NCBI GenBank assembly: GCA_043821445.1
Contig: JBDRCT010000037.1
Span: 49,703-113,702 of the forward strand
Source: Candidatus Omnitrophota bacterium
GTDB lineage: Bacteria > Omnitrophota > Omnitrophia > Omnitrophales > Aquincolibacteriaceae
Reading direction: 5' to 3'
Length of the DNA: 64,000 nt
Notes under the pieces: generated by a model
The model's database searches: none
Seen by the model: only the letters and a program-made list of their open reading frames with translations
Told to the model about the DNA's origin: nothing
Shown: piece after piece, positions 20,369-29,653 of the stretch
Layout of the letters: each line of letters opens with the position of its first letter
Numbering within the stretch: position 1 is the stretch's first letter
Program-made: the position numbers and the translations under genes

Positions 20369-20734
20369 TCAGCTGGCAGCTTTCAGTTTCTTTTTGAAGC
20401 CCGTTATCATTGCCGACAATTCGTCCGATCTTTCGAGAAGAGGATCCGATTCGTTTGACCTCAGGTACTCTAATCTTTTTGCGATCTCTAACCCGCACAT
20501 GACTTCGTGATTCGACCTATGTGCAATACTCAGGAATCTGTTAAATTCGTTATCAGAACCCGCGGCGCTACCTTCCGCGATATTTAAAGCCACAGAAGTT
20601 GCCGCTTGCCTTAATTGACTGGTTAAGCCATAAACTTCTTTTGCCGGGAATTTTTCCGTGACTCGATAGATCTCTTCAATGAGATCCATTGATTTGTTCC
20701 AAATCTCTAATTTCCTAAATTTCTGATTTTTCAC
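20369..20734 (-). CDS. Four-helix-bundle protein (TIGR02436, 23S rRNA IVS-protein family)
   Basis: KFPAKEVYGLTSQLRQAATSVALNIAEGS signature typical of the family. A paralogue lies at 21907-22260. Confidence 0.75.
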   Translation of the reverse strand: MKNQKFRKLEIWNKSMDLIEEIYRVTEKFPAKEVYGLTSQLRQAATSVALNIAEGSAAGSDNEFNRFLSIAHRSNHEVMCGLEIAKRLEYLRSNESDPLLERSDELSAMITGFKKKLKAAS

Positions 20735-20840
20735 TTTCGAGCCCTCTGCTTTCAGCTATCAGTTTTTAGCCTAAAAGCTTTTGCCGATGGCTGTCGGCTG
20801 AAGGCTGATCGCTGACGTCTGTAAGCTCACGCCCCACATC

Positions 20841-21227
20841 CTACGTCCCACGCTCCGGTGCATACTTCTCCAGGACCACTTTAAGCACTTCCGGATCGAT
20901 GGGTTTCTCCACATATTCATCTGCGCCGATCATCTTAGAAAACTTCTCATTCAGGTCCGGATAACCGGTCAAGATAACGACTTTCTCAGCCCTGTGGTTT
21001 TTCTTGATATGTTCGGCTATCTCCAGACCCGTAGGCCCCGGCATGTTCTCGTCCAAAAAAAGGATGTCGTAAGCTTTCTCTTTGATCGACCGCATGGCCT
21101 CTTCCCCGTCCAGAACATACTTCGCAGACGATACTTTGGTCTTCATAAACGGGCGCATCGCCCTTTGGAAAAGCTCCATATCCGTGGGAGAATCTTCGGC
21201 GACCAGGATCCGCATTTTCTTATTCAT
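20841..21227 (-). CDS. Single-domain response regulator (receiver)
   Basis: MRILVAEDSPTDMELF ... LFLDENMPGPTGLEI ... receiver fold. Confidence 0.85.
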   Translation of the reverse strand: MNKKMRILVAEDSPTDMELFQRAMRPFMKTKVSSAKYVLDGEEAMRSIKEKAYDILFLDENMPGPTGLEIAEHIKKNHRAEKVVILTGYPDLNEKFSKMIGADEYVEKPIDPEVLKVVLEKYAPERGT

Positions 21228-21239
21228 ATCTTCTCCTAA

Positions 21240-21330
21240 TGAACATTTTAAAATACTAAATCCGAAATTCTAAACAAATTTAAAACCCAAATTTCAAATT
21301 CAAACTTTTTTCAGATCTCGTCTTTTGAAT
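21240..21330. promoter_or_regulatory. AT-rich TAAATCC/AAAATT degenerate repeat tract upstream of the 20841-21227 receiver gene
   Basis: tactaaatccgaaattctaaacaaatttaaaacccaaatttcaaattcaaa. Same flavour as 15880-16030. Confidence 0.35.
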
Positions 21331-21401
21331 TTATTTTGACTTTAGAGTTAAAAAAATGAGCCCTTTCATTTTTGAACAGCGGACAGTTTATTGATAAAAA
21401 C

Positions 21402-21845
21402 TCAGTACCAGCCAAGTTCGGCGATCATCGTGCTGAACTTTTCAAAATCGACCGGCTTCACGATGTAGCTGTTCGCTCCGAGCTCATAACTTGCGACCAA
21501 GTCGCTTTCTTCCTGAGAAGACGTCAGGATCACGACTGGGATGGACCGTGTCCTCTCATCCGCCTTGATCCTTTTCAGGACCTCCTTACCTTCCACCCTG
21601 GGAAGCTTCAGGTCGAGAATGATGATCTTAGGCGGCACCCTGATGTCCCGGTCCGAATAGATCCCTTTGCAAAATACGAAATCGAGCGCCGCGGCTCCGT
21701 CTGTGATCACATGGATTTTGTTTGTGAGATTCTTCTTTTTGAATGCCCGAAGTATAAGCTCGACGTCGTCCGGATTATCTTCTACCAACAGAATCTCGAC
21801 CAGTTCACCGTTTGTCATGCGAATCTCCTTTTTTCCATAGTTCAC
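21402..21845 (-). CDS. Single-domain response regulator (receiver)
   Basis: ILLVEDNPDDVELILRAF ... IIILDLKLPRVEGKEVL ... receiver fold. Confidence 0.85.
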   Translation of the reverse strand: MNYGKKEIRMTNGELVEILLVEDNPDDVELILRAFKKKNLTNKIHVITDGAAALDFVFCKGIYSDRDIRVPPKIIILDLKLPRVEGKEVLKRIKADERTRSIPVVILTSSQEESDLVASYELGANSYIVKPVDFEKFSTMIAELGWY

Positions 21846-21906
21846 AGTTCGTTGTTATTGGTTCATTGATCATAGTTCAGCGTTGGTTGTTCATCGTTAA
21901 GTGTGT

Positions 21907-22260
21907 TCAGCAAATCAAAGCCCTCTTCAAGCCACTCAGCATCTTTGAAAGATCTGTTAGCCTATTTTCTAGATCTTTATATTTTTCTATTTGAAAATAA
22001 TTTTGTCTGGAAGCTATTTGCAAAATAGCTAGGCATTCATAAATGGAGCCACGAGACATGTCTATAAAGCGTGCAAAATCTTTCTTACTCCTCGCAGATC
22101 CCTCCGATATATTAGCCGCAATAGATACAGCCGCTCTTCTTAGTTGGCTGGTTAATCCGAACTGTTCATCTTTAGGAAAAGCCCTTGTTAAAACATAAAT
22201 TTCGTTCATAAACTCTAACGCTTTTTGGTAAACCTCTAACTTTTCGAATCCAAACCCCAT
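21907..22260 (-). CDS. Four-helix-bundle protein (TIGR02436 family), paralogue 2
   Basis: AFPKDEQFGLTSQLRRAAVSIAANISEGSAR signature. Flanked on both sides by GTTCA/TGAAC direct-repeat tracts. Confidence 0.75.
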   Translation of the reverse strand: MGFGFEKLEVYQKALEFMNEIYVLTRAFPKDEQFGLTSQLRRAAVSIAANISEGSARSKKDFARFIDMSRGSIYECLAILQIASRQNYFQIEKYKDLENRLTDLSKMLSGLKRALIC

Positions 22261-22371
22261 ATTTTCGCCTTCTTGCCTTGTTCCGTGTTTTGTGTTCGTG
22301 GTTCATTGTAACTACGAACTATGAACTACTCACTATTCACACAATAAACAACGAACTACCGACAATGAACG

Positions 22372-24927
22372 TCACCTCGGAAGCGTGAAATAAAATGTTG
22401 CCCCTTGACCGACCTCACCCTCCGCCCACACCCTGCCTCCGTGGCGCAAGACGGCACTTTTAACGATCGCAAGACCTATCCCGGTGCCTTTGAACTCGTC
22501 CTGCGTATGAATTCTCTGGAAGATCCCAAAAAGCTTATCTGCGTACTTCATGTCGAATCCCACCCCGTTATCCTTGACGTAATAAACACGTTCTCCCTCC
22601 TTATCGTAACTCCCGATCTCGATCACGGCCTTTTTTTGGCGAGCGGTGAATTTTATCGCATTCAAAATGAGGTTCGTGAATATTTGCCTGACAAGCATCA
22701 AGTCCGCTCGGACGGCCGGTAACGGCTTTACGACCACGTCAATGGCCCTGTCGGCAGGGGCCCCCACTTTCAACTCTTGCTCTATAGAACATACAAGCGT
22801 CGTCAAGTCGATATCGACCAACTGAATCGCGATTCTTCCAAAGTGAGCGAGTTTGAGAAGATCCTCGATCATCATTCCCATATTTCTCACGTTGTCGTTG
22901 ATAACGCCGATCACGCGCCGGCCATTATCATCGAGCTTAGAAGCATAATCCTCGAAGAGAATACCCGCGAACCCCCCTATCGCTCTGAGCGGGGCCTTCA
23001 GATCGTGCGCGACCGAATAGCTAAAAGCATCCAGCTCTTTGACCGCTGCGGTAAGATCCGCCGTGCGCAATCTGACGCGATCTTCAAGCTCTATATTGAT
23101 CTGCCGGATCTTCTCCTCCATCTTCTTACGGTCGGTGATATCACGGGCAAAACTGTTGATCTCCTTGACCTCGCCGGAGTCATCGAAATACAAGTTGATA
23201 TCCCAAAGCATATCAAAAACCTGGCCGCTCTTATGGACTTGACGATTCTCAAAGCTGATCCGTTTCTCTTTGCCCGTGACCCAACCTTCAAAAGCCTTCT
23301 TTGTCCTTTCTCGGTCATCCGGATGAATAAAGTCAAACGCCGACCGGCCGGCGCATTCTTTGGGTTTGATGCCGAAAAATCTTTCCGCGCTATGATTCAC
23401 AAAGGAAAAACGGCCTTCTTTGTCCACAATGGTGATCAGATCGTCGGTCCCTTCCACTAGATCGCGGTAGCGTTCATTGGCCAGGCGTAAGGTCTCTTCC
23501 GTCCGTTTGCGTTCGGTGATGTCGGTCAAGATACAATGGGTTTGCCTGAACGTCCCGTCCGGCTTATATCCGATACGCCCCTCAAAGACAATGAACCGTC
23601 TGTCGCCGTTCTTATGAAGCATTTGAAATTCGGAATGTATTTTCCCGTCTTTTTTAAAAAGGGGAAAACGTTCGCGAAAGGCGTCCACGAATTCAGGGGC
23701 CAGAAAATCACCGAACCACTTCCCCACGACTTCTTCGCGACGGTAACCAAGCGTCTCGATCCATATTTGATTCACATCAAGAAAGCGGCCCTCTTCATCC
23801 AGGGACTGGTAACCCACCGGCGCGTATTCGAAAAGAGAGCGATAGCGCGCCTCGTTCTCCCCCAGTATCTTATCCGACCGTGCTTTTTCTGCCCTGCGCC
23901 GGATCCGGTAATGGTAGGCGATCGCTCCTGCGACACCCAGGATCATCATGAAAACAAGCCCAAAGATCACAAAAGCGCGAAAGCGAAGTTCCGCTAGTAT
24001 TTCCGCAGTATCTACCTTGCTCACGAGATGCCAGGGGGTCCCCGGGACCGGACGAAGATCAGCCAACACCTCCGTCCCGCGATAATCCGAACCGAGGAAT
24101 GCGCCTATCCTGCCCTTCGCTGCCTGAACCGCCGGGAGATCGGTCTTAGAAAATGGAAAGCTTAAAACAAGGGCTGTATTCTCGTGGTGCCTCAAATCGT
24201 TCAAGAAGATCGCACTATCCCCGTTTCTCCGGATCAGAAGCGTTTCCGCACTGCGATTCGGTACCGGCCAACTCTGGATCATCGGAAAAAGGTATTCTTC
24301 CGCATAGGAAGAAAGGACGGCCACGGCCAGCACTTTTCCTGTAGTGTCCAACACAGAGGCTGCGATATTTTGATAGATCTTTCCGGATGCTGTTCGGGTC
24401 AATTCGCCTATGACCGGCACAGGACTTTTCAAAGCAAGATCCACCACCTCCCAGTCCTCTGTTCGTATTTCAACGGGATCAGGCTCGGAAAAAAGAACAC
24501 GGTGGGCGGAATCCGTTATGAATGCCCGAAAATAAAAATCAGACTTAACCTCGACCTCCAACCTCTGTTGCAAAATCTTTTTAACATCAGCGTCGTCAGG
24601 CCCGGAGATCCATTGCTCGAACACAAAAGCCAGGGCTGAAGATCCGAAAAGGCGGGAGATGTCGTTTATCCGCTCTTTTCGCCAACGCAGGATCTGATCC
24701 ACCTTCATTTGTCCGATGGCCGCGAGCTCATTGGATTTTTCCGTTTTGATCCGGCTCGCCTCGGCCTCGTAATAAAGGAAACCGAAAACGACGAGGATGG
24801 CCGCCACCAAACAGAAGAGCGCGACTCCGCGCCACGGAAGAACGAAAGACCTTTCACCGGTCGCGGCCGGGAGCTCCGCTCCTTCGCGGTCCCCTTTACT
24901 TTTTTCCGTCTTTTTTTCCAGGTTCAT
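22372..24927 (-). CDS. Sensor histidine kinase: periplasmic sensor + TM + 3 PAS + HisKA + HATPase_c
   Basis: AHDLKAPLRAIGGFAGIL H-box; GTGIGLAIVKSAVLRHGGRVWAEGEVGQGATFYFTLP. N-terminal sensor paralogous to 12506-15820 (LPAVQA..G..YRG..V.ADL.P.PGT.W.LV.K). Confidence 0.9.
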   Translation of the reverse strand: MNLEKKTEKSKGDREGAELPAATGERSFVLPWRGVALFCLVAAILVVFGFLYYEAEASRIKTEKSNELAAIGQMKVDQILRWRKERINDISRLFGSSALAFVFEQWISGPDDADVKKILQQRLEVEVKSDFYFRAFITDSAHRVLFSEPDPVEIRTEDWEVVDLALKSPVPVIGELTRTASGKIYQNIAASVLDTTGKVLAVAVLSSYAEEYLFPMIQSWPVPNRSAETLLIRRNGDSAIFLNDLRHHENTALVLSFPFSKTDLPAVQAAKGRIGAFLGSDYRGTEVLADLRPVPGTPWHLVSKVDTAEILAELRFRAFVIFGLVFMMILGVAGAIAYHYRIRRRAEKARSDKILGENEARYRSLFEYAPVGYQSLDEEGRFLDVNQIWIETLGYRREEVVGKWFGDFLAPEFVDAFRERFPLFKKDGKIHSEFQMLHKNGDRRFIVFEGRIGYKPDGTFRQTHCILTDITERKRTEETLRLANERYRDLVEGTDDLITIVDKEGRFSFVNHSAERFFGIKPKECAGRSAFDFIHPDDRERTKKAFEGWVTGKEKRISFENRQVHKSGQVFDMLWDINLYFDDSGEVKEINSFARDITDRKKMEEKIRQINIELEDRVRLRTADLTAAVKELDAFSYSVAHDLKAPLRAIGGFAGILFEDYASKLDDNGRRVIGVINDNVRNMGMMIEDLLKLAHFGRIAIQLVDIDLTTLVCSIEQELKVGAPADRAIDVVVKPLPAVRADLMLVRQIFTNLILNAIKFTARQKKAVIEIGSYDKEGERVYYVKDNGVGFDMKYADKLFGIFQRIHTQDEFKGTGIGLAIVKSAVLRHGGRVWAEGEVGQGATFYFTLPR

Positions 24928-24962
24928 ATGAGGTCGGAGTCCAAGGTTCCCAGTGCTCTGAG

Positions 24963-25054
24963 GTGTCAGAGTATCAGAGTGTCAGGGGGTCAGAGTTGAC
25001 ACGCTGACACTATGACACTCGTTCGCCTCTGGCGAACGATGACACTTTGATACT
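24963..25054. repeat. MITE-like element, family 2, copy 2
   Basis: gtgtcagagtatcagagtgtcagggggtcagagttgacacgctgacactatgacactcgttcgcctctggcgaacgatgacactttgatact. Direct copy of 11993-12083. Confidence 0.8.
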
Positions 25055-25145
25055 CTTGCGCTTTGGCACTTAAAAATTTGAGTTTGCTTTTTGATGTTCT
25101 TCAGGCGGGCCGCCCCGCAATAGCGGGCGAGCCTCATCCTGTTCT

Positions 25146-26795
25146 TCAGGCGGGTTCTCCCCAGAGGAACCCCTGTCCGTACGGAACGCCTAATTCTTTG
25201 AGCGTCTCCAGATCCTCCCGGCTCTCGATCCCCTCGGCAATGATCCGGGCATGAAGACTTTCCACAACGGCCAGAAGCCTCCGGAGCATTTCTTTTTGGT
25301 TTTTATCATGGCTGATATTCTGTACAAGCCGCTTGTCGAGCTTGATCACGTCGGGCTGAAGGAGGATCAGGCTCTCAAGACAGCTGCGGCCGAAACCCAC
25401 GTCGTCGATCGCGACGCCGATCTTTCTTTTTTTGAGTTCCTGGACCACGCGGACAAGATAAGAGGGATCGCCCAGGATCTGTTGCTCGCTGACTTCGACG
25501 CAATAAGCGCCGCAAAGTCTGGCCGGCGGAAAGAGCCTTGAAAATTGTTCGCTCCGGAGTCCCGCCATGGTCGACGGGAAAAGATTCACATGTTTTTCGG
25601 ACGCCGGAGAGACGCCTTGCGCGGCCACGAGCGCGATCTCGAGACACCGCTCGTCCACCATGGAAAGGATGTTATTCTCCATGCTGAAACCGAAGAATTC
25701 GTCCGGCATTTCAAAGCCGCCGATATCGGTGCGTGTAAGAAACTCATAGCCGACCGTTTTTTCCGTGAAAAGATCCAGGATCGGCTGTTTGACCGACCGG
25801 AAACAGGTACCGGAGCGGAGCGTGTCCGCCACACTGTCCGATCTCGGTTCCCAACCTTCCCCCGCGCTCACCTTATTTTTTCCCGATTGTTTACTTTTCG
25901 CCAAGGCCGCATGGGTCTCCTCCAAGAGCGAATCGATCGAAACCATTCGTTTATTTACACTCATGACGCCCAGACTGGCCGTGACCTTGACCGTCTCTCC
26001 TCCGGCCACCACGAAAGGCGTTTGGCTGATCGCGACCCTTATCCGCTCGGAAAAGTGGATGCCCTCGGCCAAACGGGTGTTCGGCAGAAGGACAATGAAC
26101 TCATCCCCGCCTACGCGGGATACGTAATCGGCGGCGCGCACCGTGCGCTTCAGGATCTTTGAGAGCTCCTGAAGAACGATGTCGCCGACCGCGTGGCCGA
26201 ACGTGTCGTTGATGGGTTTGAAGTTATCCAGGTCCAGAAGGATCACGGAAAGATTCGTGCCCTCGCGGCCTGAGATCTCCATTTCGCGGGAAAGCATCCG
26301 TTGGAGACCGCGACGATTGAGCAACTGGGTTAGGGGATCCAGAAAGGAAAGTTTCTCGAGGTGCTCGTTCAGCTCTTCGATCCGTTGTTTCTGATGTTGC
26401 CGTTCCAAAGCATACGAGAGGATCCTGGCGAGCATTCCCGCGCGGACTTCCCCCTTCACCACATAATCCTGGGCCCCTTTTTTGACCGCTTCAAGCGATA
26501 GGGCCTCGTCATCGGTGCCGCTTAAAATGACGCAGGCGATCCCGGGATAAGCCCCGGCGATCTTCTCGAAAGTGGCCAGGCCCTGGCTGTCGGGAAGTCC
26601 CAGATCAAGAAGGATCAGCTGGAATGTTTCTTCCCCGAGCATTTTGAGAGCGGACTCAAGCGTGTGCGCCGTTTCGACCTCAAATGGGGTTCGTTTTTCG
26701 CTCCGTAGGGAGATCTGAGAAATCCTCGTAAAATCAGTGTCGTCGTCCACCAGGAGCATCCTTACCGGAGATGCCGTACGCCTTTCTTCCTCCAA
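25146..26795 (-). CDS. Response regulator with GGDEF and EAL domains (c-di-GMP turnover)
   Basis: N-terminal receiver (MLLVDDDTDF); RVGGDEFIVLL GGDEF motif; C-terminal EAL-type domain (YEFLTRTD ..., ESLILLQPDVIKLD). Confidence 0.88.
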   Translation of the reverse strand: MEEERRTASPVRMLLVDDDTDFTRISQISLRSEKRTPFEVETAHTLESALKMLGEETFQLILLDLGLPDSQGLATFEKIAGAYPGIACVILSGTDDEALSLEAVKKGAQDYVVKGEVRAGMLARILSYALERQHQKQRIEELNEHLEKLSFLDPLTQLLNRRGLQRMLSREMEISGREGTNLSVILLDLDNFKPINDTFGHAVGDIVLQELSKILKRTVRAADYVSRVGGDEFIVLLPNTRLAEGIHFSERIRVAISQTPFVVAGGETVKVTASLGVMSVNKRMVSIDSLLEETHAALAKSKQSGKNKVSAGEGWEPRSDSVADTLRSGTCFRSVKQPILDLFTEKTVGYEFLTRTDIGGFEMPDEFFGFSMENNILSMVDERCLEIALVAAQGVSPASEKHVNLFPSTMAGLRSEQFSRLFPPARLCGAYCVEVSEQQILGDPSYLVRVVQELKKRKIGVAIDDVGFGRSCLESLILLQPDVIKLDKRLVQNISHDKNQKEMLRRLLAVVESLHARIIAEGIESREDLETLKELGVPYGQGFLWGEPA

Positions 26796-26928
26796 AGAAT
26801 ATCGCCCCCTTTCTCTCGTCCTGGTCTTTATTTTAGACCCTTTAAAATACAGGGTAAAGGGAAGTTTTGCCTGGGTTTTTGCCTGGATTTCCGTGGGGTC
26901 TATTTTGGGTATGCCAAGAAAGGCGGTT

Positions 26929-27525
26929 TTAAAACGTCAGGTCGATCAGAAAAAGAGCCCCGAGAAGAACGCCTTTTTCCGTCGTGTCGGCGGCAAACGG
27001 GAATACGATACCGAAGTGATCTTTCCGCGATATTCCCTCTTCTACGAGCGGGGTCGGCCGCTTGCTGATCCTCCCCACGGCAACGATGCCCTTAACGGTG
27101 CCCTTCAGGATATGAAAGGTCTCCAGGTCCTCGGGGCGGCCTTCAATGCCGTAAAGGACCTTCCCTCCGGCATCCAGCGTCTGAAATTGTATTTTTATTT
27201 TCGAGGACCCTTGTTTCCGGACGGAACCGAGCAGATTCTCGGATGCATCAAAGATCTCCAATTTATCCGCAAACAGCCCGACGTGTTTCTTGAAATAAAG
27301 AACTTCCTCCCCTTTCTTGTTGAGAAGATAAATCGCAAAGGCCTTCGGTTGGCGCAAAACGGCCCAGTCCGGACCTTTATCGCCCTCTAGGGCCGCGTAA
27401 TAAACTTCCTCTTCCGAGATGTCCGAAAGACAGCAAAGGGGCTGGAGCTTCCAATTCTCCGGCATCTCGGAGTATTTTTTCTTTTCGCGCAGGCTCAGCG
27501 AATCAAGGGATTCTAATTGCTCCAT
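26929..27525 (-). CDS. Hypothetical protein, possibly a tubby/LURP-one-related-like (DUF567) fold
   Basis: 198-aa ORF with no clear catalytic motif. The family assignment is a weak impression only. Confidence 0.35.
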   Translation of the reverse strand: MEQLESLDSLSLREKKKYSEMPENWKLQPLCCLSDISEEEVYYAALEGDKGPDWAVLRQPKAFAIYLLNKKGEEVLYFKKHVGLFADKLEIFDASENLLGSVRKQGSSKIKIQFQTLDAGGKVLYGIEGRPEDLETFHILKGTVKGIVAVGRISKRPTPLVEEGISRKDHFGIVFPFAADTTEKGVLLGALFLIDLTF

Positions 27526-27531
27526 AAGTTC

Positions 27532-28155
27532 CTAGGAGAGTGGCGGGACCTGCGGAAAATCGATCGCCGTATCCGCCACGTGGTTGACATAATTGGTAAA
27601 GAGATTAAGCGAAACGGCCGTGATGATCTCGAGGACCTCTTCGTCCGAACAACCCGCCTTACGGACTTCCGCCCAGGCCGCATCCGTGATGTTTCCCCGG
27701 TTCGCCGAAAGCCTTTGGGCGAACTTGAGGATCGCGTCCGTCTTAGGGTTCGGGGACCGGGCCCGGCGGCCTCCCTCGATCTCTTCCGGTGTAAGTCCCG
27801 CGTGCTTTCCGATTGCCGAATGCGCCGCGACGCAATAATGACATTGATTGTCCTCTCCCACGGCAAGCGCGATCTGTTCCCGGACCTTAAGCGGCAGCTT
27901 GGCGTCGGCAAAAGCACCGCTCAGGCCCAGATAGGCCTGAAGCGCCGCGGGCGAATGGGCCATGGTCTTCAAAATATTTGAGACCCGTCCCGACTTGCCC
28001 TGGCCTCCTTTTTCTTCTGAATCAAGGTTGCCAGGACTAGTCCCATTAACCCTTGATCCTTTTGATGGAGAATGGGACTTGGCCTTGATCGCGGCCAGGA
28101 GTTCCTGGGTCTTGCCCTGCGCTTTTTCGGGATCCAACGGTTGTATGCGGCTCAT
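27532..28155 (-). CDS. Carboxymuconolactone decarboxylase / AhpD-like family protein
   Basis: CHYCVAAH (CxxH) motif in a helical domain. Starts MSRIQPLDPEKAQGKTQELLAAIKAKS. The ORF tracker extends the frame 5' to 28410, but no convincing start exists there. Confidence 0.65.
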   Translation of the reverse strand: MSRIQPLDPEKAQGKTQELLAAIKAKSHSPSKGSRVNGTSPGNLDSEEKGGQGKSGRVSNILKTMAHSPAALQAYLGLSGAFADAKLPLKVREQIALAVGEDNQCHYCVAAHSAIGKHAGLTPEEIEGGRRARSPNPKTDAILKFAQRLSANRGNITDAAWAEVRKAGCSDEEVLEIITAVSLNLFTNYVNHVADTAIDFPQVPPLS

Positions 28156-28184
28156 AAAATTTTCTCCTGGGTGTGGGGTGCGCG

Positions 28185-29015
28185 CTACCGCATCCTGAGA
28201 TAGTGACGGGTCAGTGCGATCAGGAAAAGCGGTGTGAGTAAAATCCCCGAGAGGGCTTCGACCGCCGCGACGCCGCGGACCCAGCCCATCGGAAGATAAT
28301 CCCCATACCCCACGGTCGTGTAAGTCATAATGCTCAGATAAAACGATTCGAAAAGATCGATCTTCTGAACAAAACTTCCGGTCAGGACCGTTCCGGACAT
28401 ATGATAACAAAGCGCGCTCAGGATGATCACGGTGCAGGCGATCATGAAGGTGCGGAACGGCAGTTCCCCGTAACCCCAGATCAGACGGTTCAGAGAACCG
28501 AAAAACCAGCTAAAAAAAGTCCGGACCCTTCCTTTCCGGGAGGCCCGTTCGAGACCGACCGCTTCCGGAAGACTTGTCTTCGTTTGCGTGAAAGTTCTCC
28601 ATAAACGCACGAGCCGGGCGTCCTTGGCGCGTTGGTAGCAATAGGAAAATTTCGTGAAATCCCCCTCTTTTTCATAGAGGAGCGCGGCTTCGCTGAAGAG
28701 CGTTTCCGCGTAAGCATGGTCTTGAGCCACGAGGGCCTGGATCGCGGCGGATTCATTGCGCGTCGCGGCGTTACGGAGCGGCTGCCAGCCGGTGTGAATA
28801 TTCCAGCATGTCGCGGCGGAGGAAAAACAGACTGCGGCTTTGAGGGGTTCGTTCGCCTCCTGAAAAAGCTTGGCCGCCCGGTCAAAGGTCTGGAACGCCT
28901 GGTCGATCTTGCTTTCGCCGCGAAGGCGGTGCGCCTCGCGCTCCAGAGCGATCGCTTGCTCGATCTTGCTGGTGGCTGCGGCTGACTCCGCATGAAGAAG
29001 CGTTTTCGGATCCAC
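28185..29015 (-). CDS. Two-TM potassium channel with an N-terminal TPR-like cytoplasmic domain (GTG start)
   Basis: TTVGYGD selectivity filter between two hydrophobic helices at the C-terminus. Alpha-helical, repeat-like N-terminal ~150 aa. Confidence 0.8.
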   Translation of the reverse strand: MDPKTLLHAESAAATSKIEQAIALEREAHRLRGESKIDQAFQTFDRAAKLFQEANEPLKAAVCFSSAATCWNIHTGWQPLRNAATRNESAAIQALVAQDHAYAETLFSEAALLYEKEGDFTKFSYCYQRAKDARLVRLWRTFTQTKTSLPEAVGLERASRKGRVRTFFSWFFGSLNRLIWGYGELPFRTFMIACTVIILSALCYHMSGTVLTGSFVQKIDLFESFYLSIMTYTTVGYGDYLPMGWVRGVAAVEALSGILLTPLFLIALTRHYLRMR

Positions 29016-29124
29016 CCCGTTAGATCTCCTATACCCTCGGAAGAGTTCTCTTCTTAATTAAAAAGACCAACCCGTCTTACCTCGGAAACCTCTCCTCCCA
29101 ATTGCATCAGAGATCTAACGGGGT
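29014..29124 (-). promoter_or_regulatory. Inverted 13-nt arms (ACCCCGTTAGATC ... GATCTAACGGGGTG) bracketing the SD and GTG of the K+ channel gene
   Basis: Same arm sequence and same position relative to SD/GTG as at 9429-9534. The interior sequence is unrelated. Confidence 0.5.
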
Positions 29125-29653
29125 CCATGGCGAGCATTCTACTCAATTTGTCCCGCGTCCTCCAGCGAAGTTTCTGCTTCGGGCACATCTCAGCTTAGAT
29201 TATTATATTTTCTCATGGCTTAAGAACTCCGCCGGGAAGTGTGTTTCGCCAACGTTTGCCATGCCCCACCGAGGCATGGCTGCACTCGCAAGCGTCGGCC
29301 TCGATGAGAAACCCTGGCTCTCGGCCTCCTTAGCGCGTCTCAACACACTTCCCACCTCCGCGGTTCTCAAGAGAAGGCGAAGGGTTGAGACGAGGCACGC
29401 TGGAAGGACGAGCGGGCAGGGACTTCTCGAAGAGAAGGAGCGAGGACTGGAGGGCGAACAAGGGAATCCACGCCGGGGATTCCCGAGTGGTGACGAGACG
29501 CAAACCTTAAGCCTTCTCTTGCGTAAACGCATGGAATCAAGATCGAGGTGTTGGAAATCCGGGTGGGATTTTTACTGCCCAATTCTTTATCTTCTTTTCC
29601 ATATGGTGAATTGGACTGTCCTGATTACCCGTTATTTTTTAAATGAAAGAGAA

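Noticed and set aside
26929-27525. Considered calling this ORF a PilZ or c-di-GMP receptor because it is adjacent to the GGDEF-EAL gene.
   Set aside because: No RxxxR / DxSxxG PilZ motifs are visible. Only a vague tubby/LURP-like impression, so it is kept as hypothetical.
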